A stretch of DNA of 64,000 bases from the NCBI GenBank assembly GCA_044892525.1, contig CM097885.1, forward strand, positions 134,850,001 through 134,914,000, given 5' to 3'. Below the pieces are notes generated by a model. The model searched no databases. It worked only from the letters and a program-made list of their open reading frames with translations, and was not told the DNA's origin. This DNA comes from Schmidtea polychroa (taxonomy: Eukaryota). Positions 52,201 to 60,850 of this stretch are shown here, piece after piece. Numbering within the stretch: the stretch's first letter is position 1; every line of letters starts with the position of its first letter. A program made the position numbers and the translations under genes.

Positions 52201-55200
52201 AATGTCGGAAACCCCTGGAATAAAACGATGACAATAGTTTATCGTTCCCAAAAAACTTCTCAGTTGTGAAACTGTTTTTGGAAGTGGGAATTTGGCTATG
52301 GTATCTAGTCTATCCGGAGGAGGTCGGATTCCATCTGCGGAAATTAAATGTCCCAGGAAACGAGTCTCGTGTTGGAAGAAAGTACACTTATCGACGTTTA
52401 CCTTAAGGTTGTATTGCCGAAGTGCTGTTAAAGTTCTTGTTAGATGGGTTTTATGCGTCTCTAAGTCAGGTGATCCGACTAAAATGTCGTCTATGTAAGG
52501 AACTGCGAAAGGTAGGTCCATTAAGACTTGATCAATATACCTTTGAAAGGTCTGTGCAGAATTCCGAAGGCCAAATGGCATATGCACGTACTCGAAAAGT
52601 CCGATCGGAGTTATTACGGCTGTTTTTTCTATGTCAGACTCTCGCACGGGTATCTGATGGTACGCCTTCACGAGGTCGATTGTGGAGAAAATCTTTGCCT
52701 TTGAAAGACGGTGAAGGATATCACTAACAAGCGGCATGCTATAGGAATCATGTACCGTAATAGCATTAAGGTTTCGATAGTCGCCACACGGACGGAAAGT
52801 GCCATCTTTTTTTGGGACCAGGTGCAATGGCGATGACCATGGAGATTTAGATCTCCGAATGGTACCCTCATGTAAGAGGTTAGTAAACTCGGAACGTACA
52901 AATTCGAGTTTTTCATTCGACAGTGGTCTAATTTTGCATCTAACTGGTAAAGATGAAGTTGTGTCGATCGTGTGGCAGTAAAGCGGCTTCGAAACGTCAC
53001 TTATTGGCGTGTTAAAACACCTATTAATAATATCTAAGGCTATTTTTGGGTGTTCGATTGTTATAACCGTTTTCGACGGAGTAGTATTTATATCGTCCGT
53101 TCCTATCCGTTGTGGATCTTCAAAGATGTTTGAGGGAATAGTGCTGCAGTTTAATTGATTATTTATCCTTAAAGTGCGTCCACGGCAATCTACGAGTAGT
53201 TCGTTAGCGCTTAAAAAATCAGATCCTAATATGGGGATAATAACCTCTGCTATATAAAATTTCCACTCAAATAATTGGTCGGACAGAAATGGCAACGAGA
53301 AAGCAATTGTCTTTGAACCTAAAGTCTCAACAACACTACCGTTTGCGGCCTTCAAAGAAATATCGACAGTGTTGAGGTCTGGAAGGTACTCTTTAGGTAA
53401 GATCGACAAGCTGGAGCCAGTGTCGACAAGGAATTTTAGTCTGTTAGAAGGAGACGACAATATATTAAAAGCGTTTGACTCTGCTTCTATTAAAAATAAG
53501 TCTGATTTCGATGAAATTTTGCCTCCCACCTCTGCCGCTAGAAGTGGTGGCATTATAAGTTTTTTTGATTGCTTGCTTTAGGTTTTGTGTAATTGGAGCA
53601 GCCTTCGAAGCATTTTAAGGCTTTATCTCCAAACCTGTCGTGGTATATGCACTTGTCAAGTATCTGACAGGATGGTGCTTTATCTCGCCAATTGCAACCT
53701 AGATAGCAGAACCGTGCCTTGTTACGAAACTTAAAATGGAAACGGCACAGGTTCCTGGTTGCAGGGGAAGGTGAACGTTGACGAGTATTTTGCACGAAGT
53801 GTGATTTTTGGGCATATTGCCTGTCGTCATTTGTCCGCCTGGTGGACATGCTATTCTCAAGCTCGCTGATGCGTTTAGTGAGGCCTGTAATAGCGCAAAG
53901 TAAGGCTTCTTCGGTCGAAGGTTTTAAAGAAGAAGAAGAAGGTAAAATTTCGGGGTTAGTGCTGCTACTTAACTGCACAGAGCAAGTTGGTTGCGGACCA
54001 AGTGGCACGACTTCGTTAATCTTGTCGGCCATCTTTGCTAGCTCTACCACGTCTGCTGTTGACGAAAGCGCTAAAATTTGTTGTGCGTGTGGCGGTAAAG
54101 CAGACAGAAAAAATTGCCTCAAGAGTTTTTGATCCGCCGCAGCCTCCGGGTGTATTTGCGTTAGTTCCGCCATAGCGTGTTGCAAGAACTGTGACGGTTT
54201 TCTGCTGCCCAAAGTTTGCGTCTTAAAGTATTTAGTGAAGACGGCAGCTGTAGGTTCCTTAAAAATATCGAGGATTGCCGTACGCAATTCTTCATATGGG
54301 TTTTTTACGCTAGTAGGCGAAGTGCGAAGGATCACGGACGAAAGTTTACTTAATATCGTCGGCGGAATCAACGGCAAGATGCGACAGTATTTGTCTCGTG
54401 AACTGGTTACCTCGATTCCCTCGAGTGCTAGTTCGGTAGCTGTCAGCCAAGTAAGTGGAGAGTTATTCTCATCCAAAAAATATTGACATAGGTACGTTGA
54501 TCGCTGGTTGTTGGACCTACGTTTATGTTTTGCCTGTTTGGGGTTGCTGCCTGAGTCATTCTCCGAATCGGAGGAACCGCCAGAAAGTGGCAACAAACAA
54601 TGAATGACGCTGTATGGTGTCACTCCATAGTCGCCCAAGGTGCGACTGTCGGAAAGGATGTTGCCGTTATACGACAAGAGAAAACGGCATTTGTGATTTG
54701 TCAATATGCTGTAATTTTTAGAAAGACCTCTAATTGTAGTGTCTGTGTCAACTGAAACGGTTTGTATCTTATTTGTTCCAGGGTTTTCTATTAATATTTG
54801 GAACTTTTTGGGGCCCGGTGCGGCGCTACCCTCTTGTGTGGGCTGATGCTTATTTAAATAATTTATTATAATTTTATATATGATATCAATAATAATATAA
54901 ATCAATAATAATATAGTATACTTTAATAATAATATAATAATATAATTTAGAGGTAATCGATCTAAGGTACCTGGCGGTGCTGACACGGGCATTGCTTGAT
55001 TGAGTCTCGATTCGCTGGGAGACGGTTTATTATCGTGAATAAATGGCTGTCCCGGTGCACGAGAGTTTAATGTGAAAAAATCATTATTCTGTTGCATTAA
55101 GAATTCATTTGGATTTGGTCGAAGCATGATGCGTTGTGGGGCTGTGTATAAGACATCACTCGTTAGCAATTTGTTATTTGGTATATAATTGTTGATCGGA

Positions 55201-58200
55201 GTCATTTTTTTACGATTTTCAACGGCAATCATCTCAGCCAATGCTTGCCGGGAAACATTAATCGAATCAAAATCGGCTGTATCTTTATATTTCTGATCGT
55301 AATGTGAATTCGGTTTCTCCGAGCCAAATATGCGATTTATATCCATTTCGTTTCGATCCTGATACTGACCGTAGTTAAGCACACCGTTGTTGTTTGCCTG
55401 TTGATTGATGTTGTGATCGTATGACTGATTATTATTGTTGTTATTCTTGGTTGCGGCGTGGTTTTGAGAATTTAACTGGCAGAAACTTTCCAGCAGAGAA
55501 TTCAACGAACCAACTGAATTCAAACTGTTCATAAATGATTTCTGATCTGAAAGCCGTGACAGGGGAGATGTGGAATTCAGTGTACTGTGGAATTCAGTAA
55601 TATCATTACCAGCTGAGCTATTGAAAGCACTGAATATGGGAAATTCGGATTTAGTATCCGATGATTCAGATTGTAATTGAATACTTTTACTGATAAATTT
55701 GAAAGACGATTTATTTATCGGTTCAGCAATTTGAAATTTGACCATATGATTAATATCTGTGATATTTGCAGGGGTCGAAATGGAATCACATAGAACGACT
55801 ACGGGATCCAAAGAATCACGATCTGGAATTGTCTGAATTAATTTGATATACTCTTCTCGATTCGATGACAAACAACAGGAATGAGCAATTATCAAATGAT
55901 CTATCAGCCTATCAATATCATGGGATATAAGATTAAATTTTGATGAAAGTTTTAATTCAGAAAATATTTTGGAAAGCATATGGAACATATTTTGACGTAA
56001 TTCCGCTGTTCGATTATGAGAAACTAACATAGATTGTATCTCCTGTAATCTGGATTTAGCAATGATATTAGCAATGATATGTTCTAAATGTTCAAATCTT
56101 GGCACTTCTGACACCAATGTTGTACCCGGTAATTTAGCGGCCTTTGACATTCGGTTAGAAACAGGAACACTTTCATTAAAATATGTCATTGAATCCGCAA
56201 ACTTTTCTTGCATATCACACAAATATAATAGTGAATTTTCCAACGCAATTAATATCACAAATTTCAATATATTTAAAGACAGTTCAATTTTTATACACAA
56301 ATTAGAAATTTTATGGAAAAAGTTCATTTTTTTTGGAATATATAAACAAGCCAGGAAATCTTTTACAAAATTTCTACATATAAGTAAACAAAATTACAAA
56401 AATACAAAATTATGTCATTCGATAAAAAATAAACAGATTTTTAAAAATATGTAATTTAAAAAGCTTAACGATTTTATAACGTTCGCGTAAGAATTTCAAA
56501 TAGTCAATTTCTAATAATTAAATGCAGAATAAACAAATTTAGGTTTTATATTATTGTTAGGATTTGTTCCGTATTTCGCGAATTGTAATGGATGAGGGTG
56601 TTGGTCTATGAGAGCCAACACTAAAACTATTGGGAGCCGAATACAGTTTATCTTGATAATGATAACATGGCATCGAATTTGCTTTACTCTTCTGAGATTG
56701 ATTAATAGAGCCTGATTGATAAGTAGAAGTATTAGCTGATCGCACGAATTTTGATTGACTGTTATTGTGTTCTGTTTGGTCCTTAGTCGCTGGTGACCGC
56801 GCATTTATATATATAATATAATATCGTATAATATAATATAATATAGTATAATAGGTATATAGATATTGTTAAGGCCGTGTAACGGCTCACTACAGTTACC
56901 ACGAGTATGCTCAACATTGTTCATGAATTTTAATTTTTCGGTTGGACGTTCGCCGCCCACTTCTTCTTCTGGATTATAATAGTTAATTTGCTGTTGATTA
57001 CAATGCGTATAAATGTTACAATATCGATTGCTATAATGTTACCAAAAATAATAACCATGATCGCAGATCAATCATTTTACTAGCGAGGGTGATATCGATT
57101 ACCATATGACTGGCACGCTCGATAATCGAATTTTAAGGCCTATGATTGAATAATAAGAGGAAAAATTGGTCGGTTAGTAATAATTGATCTAAATTTATGG
57201 GTGATGTAATGAAGAAAGTCCTACTGATAAGTTTACTGTCAAGGGTGATGCTAACATTTTGAAGTGATGGTAATAATTGACAATAATGATACTGGCAGTA
57301 CTAATTATGTTATCATGAATGACATCATTAATAGGGTGATTGTCGACTCTTTCGATCTGTGTATGTGACATTAAGTGAGATCTATCGTGGAAATCATTTT
57401 AGTGCTGACTAAAATTCTTCCTAACTTATTGGTTCATTTGTGTGAAAAATTATCAGTTTCTGTGGAGAGTTGGACGTGATTACTTCGAAAATGATTTCTT
57501 AGCGCAGTAATATTTTGAGTAAAAGGTCAGAGGTGACTGCGCGGCAATCATTATACTAGTAGTGAGAAAATATCATGGATCAGCCTGTTGGAAGACAACC
57601 GGTGGCTCTTTCACCACTGATACGCGATATTTTTACCTCTACATATTTATGAACAAAAACAAAATAAAACCATAAAGTTTAGGCCCTGTCAAACATCAAA
57701 TATTTCTACTCAATCCTAAAAAAATAATAATATTTAATTTATGAGAAAGAACTAATTTTGTTTTTTAACTAAAATTGTATTAAATTCATATTTCATAAAT
57801 AACCATCAAAATTACATTTAATAACTCATAAAAAACAATGAATAAAATTTGCCAATTGTGCGAAAAATGATCTAATAAGAAAGTTTGAAGTGAATGGTTC
57901 CCAGGGAAATTTGACAAGTAATGAACAGTAGTTGGAATAAAAGTTGGTTTTGAAGTTGTAAATAAGGTATTTTCCGAAAACCTTTAAGCGATTAACCAAT
58001 ATAAAAGTAGATTTTTGATGAATGAATAGTGATTTGTAAAAATCGTTTTGAAACTAGTTTTTAAAAGTGGTAAAGTGTCTGCTGAGACTATCCCTTATAT
58101 AGTTTTTTTGGTAAATGCATTTGACTAACCAGGATCGATTTTGTGTTTTTAATGATCATCTTTAAATTTCAAATTCCGATTGTTTTGATTGGGTAGTTTA

Positions 58201-60781
58201 ATTTATTTGTTTTAATTCATTGATTTTGAATTAAACTTTCTTTTCTCTTTTGTTCCTGGTTGATCAAAATATCGCCATTACATACCATCCTTATGCTATT
58301 GTGTCTTTTCGGCAATTTATTTTATATTTATACGCGTTTTAAAGTGTGTTTTATGTCCAATTGCTTTCCTATTTCTTATTCGTATTTTACTTATTTTTAA
58401 TTGTTTTATTTTTTTGTTTTAATTGATGGTATAATTGATTTTAAATAATCTTGGTGCGTTTTTCTCTGCTATGTGGCGTTGTCTCAGCTGATTCTTTACT
58501 TTTAATTATTTGAATATGGCTAATTAAAACAAGAAAAATATAAAGTTTTTGAAGTTATTTTTAGGGCTTGACCCAACAATTCCTAATATCTCATATTAAC
58601 ATAATAATAGCGTATTAATTATCTTTGGTGACATTCAATTCACTATAAACGCACCGGATAAAAATTAGAATTTGTGAATCGCTGTAGAGATTTGAAAGTT
58701 CATTTTATATAATTAAATTACTTACATTAGAAAATCATGAAGTTTTGAAATAGATCAGTGGTGGCCAACCCAAATCAATCGAAGGGCCAAATTTTCTGGA
58801 AAATACTATCACGGGCCACAATAAATTCATTTAAATAAATATAACTCGTTTTTACGATTCAGGTAAACTTAGAATCAATTTTTAAATTAAAAACATGCTT
58901 AATTCGAATATTAATTTTAAAAAAGACAATTATTGATTTGATGTTTAAAATTGTGTCCGGGCCACTGGTTGGCCATGGCTGAAATAGATGTATGTTTTAT
59001 TTTTAAAATGTTAAAATTATAATTAAATCTTATCAAATAATTGTCATGTCCAATGACAAAATTTATCAAAATCTAGAAAATATAGATTGCTGAAAATCAA
59101 ATAGGCAAATAATTCTTAACCTACAAGGTTGTATAAATATTTTATTGGGCGTAAATTTCTCCAGGGTGTTCAAAATTTCTCTTCAGTTAGTAAATGTATG
59201 GTTTGTATTCTTGCAGGCATGATATATTTTATCAAGTTATTATGATGGGTGAAGTGAATAAATTCAAAACCAGATTGAAAAAGTTTGATCACATCTAAAA
59301 AAATGAAATGAATTTTTAAATTATCTATTATAATTAAATTATTATAATTAATATTTAGCGAATTCCGCGTGACAGTGGTTTATGAATCAAAAACACTTGA
59401 CTTTGATGTTAAGAAAAGTGAAACGGTTCTGGATTTTAAAAGAAAAATTTGTAAAATAGCTCGCAAGTCTGTAGAAGAAATTATTTTAATTTGTAAAGGC
59501 ACTGAAATGACTGATGACAAGTTACTTGGTGATTTTGACATTAGTGGGAAAAGTATCATTAATGTCATTACAAAGCTTGTGAAAGGTATTCATTTTAGAT
59601 GTAATTAGATTTTTTAATTTGAATCAATTGAAGAACAAAGAAAATTGTTGGTACGACTTGATAATGGTCAGTCACTTCAAGTTGATTATGGTAATAAGAT
59701 TAAAGGCTTGGACGTAAGAAAAAAAATAAATGATGATCTTGGCGGTGAATCAGAATGTATAGGTCTTAGCATGCGTGGGAAAGGTATAAAGGATGATGAA
59801 TATATAGGTGATGATACATCCAATAGTGCATTCATGTCATTACAAGCGACTTGTACACTGAATGCATCTNNNNNNNNNNNNNNNNNNNNNNNNNNNNNNN
59901 NNNNNNNNNNNNNNNNNNNNNNNNNNNNNNNNNNNNNNNNNNNNNNNNNNNNNNNNNNNNNNNNNNNNNNNNNNNNNNNNNNNNNNNNNNNNNNNNNNNN
60001 NNNNNNNNNTGAATAATATAAACATCAGTACTATGCAGGAGACGCGGAGATTTCTCTTCGCACCAGGTAAGTATACAATATTGCTGATTCAACTCTGTTG
60101 CATACTTTCCCTACTACACTGGAAATCACATCACTTGCAAATTGGCTAATTGACAGGGAAACTATGCAATAAAGTTGATTGTCAAACGCTGGGTCTACTT
60201 GGTTATTATAGCGCTGATCTATGGTGATAGGATACAAGAGTTGTGGGATTTCCCGAAATTTAGTACCATGTCGTGCTAACGTTTTCCTAATATAACCCTC
60301 TCTAATATTAATTCCAGAAAGATAAATAAACTAGTATGGTTGAAATCTATGGACGGGATAATTGATTTAGCTTGAGATGTATAATAATCGATAAATTAAT
60401 TTTAATATTGAAAATGAATTCGATACTAATTATTATGTTTCAATACCCAAATTCTATAATTAAACTTATAAGAGAAAATTCGAAGACTATCTCCTAGGTA
60501 GACCTAAAAACAATTTTCCGATTAGTTGTTAACCTTTGTCAAATTCAATAATTTAACTTACAAAAGAAAATTCGAGGACAATCTCGTCGGTAGAATTTGT
60601 TGATTAATGAAATTGGAATTTTTGAGTTCATAGTTTGCTAGTTGTTTCGACACTTATTTATATTAATATATATTTTATAAATATTATATATATTAAATAT
60701 ATCAAAAACATCGATATATTTATTGATTTATAGTTTTCAAGCTCTTTAATAAATTCAGTGGTGAAATTGGAAAAAAAATTC

Positions 60782-60850
<69 letters not shown>

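Larger units (their letters stand above)
49242..56894 (-). mobile_element. Full-length, apparently intact Ty3/Gypsy LTR retrotransposon with a Ubl-Gag ORF1
   Basis: Two 777-bp TG..CA LTRs (49242-50018, 56118-56894), no difference seen in spot checks; 5-bp TSD GTTAC (49237-49241, 56895-56899); PBS; two uninterrupted ORFs. Confidence 0.97.

Noticed and set aside
57060-57570. Recurring AATCATT(T/A)TACTAG-like words
   Set aside because: Irregular spacing, degenerate, no array structure; not CRISPR-like, probably part of an old repeat.
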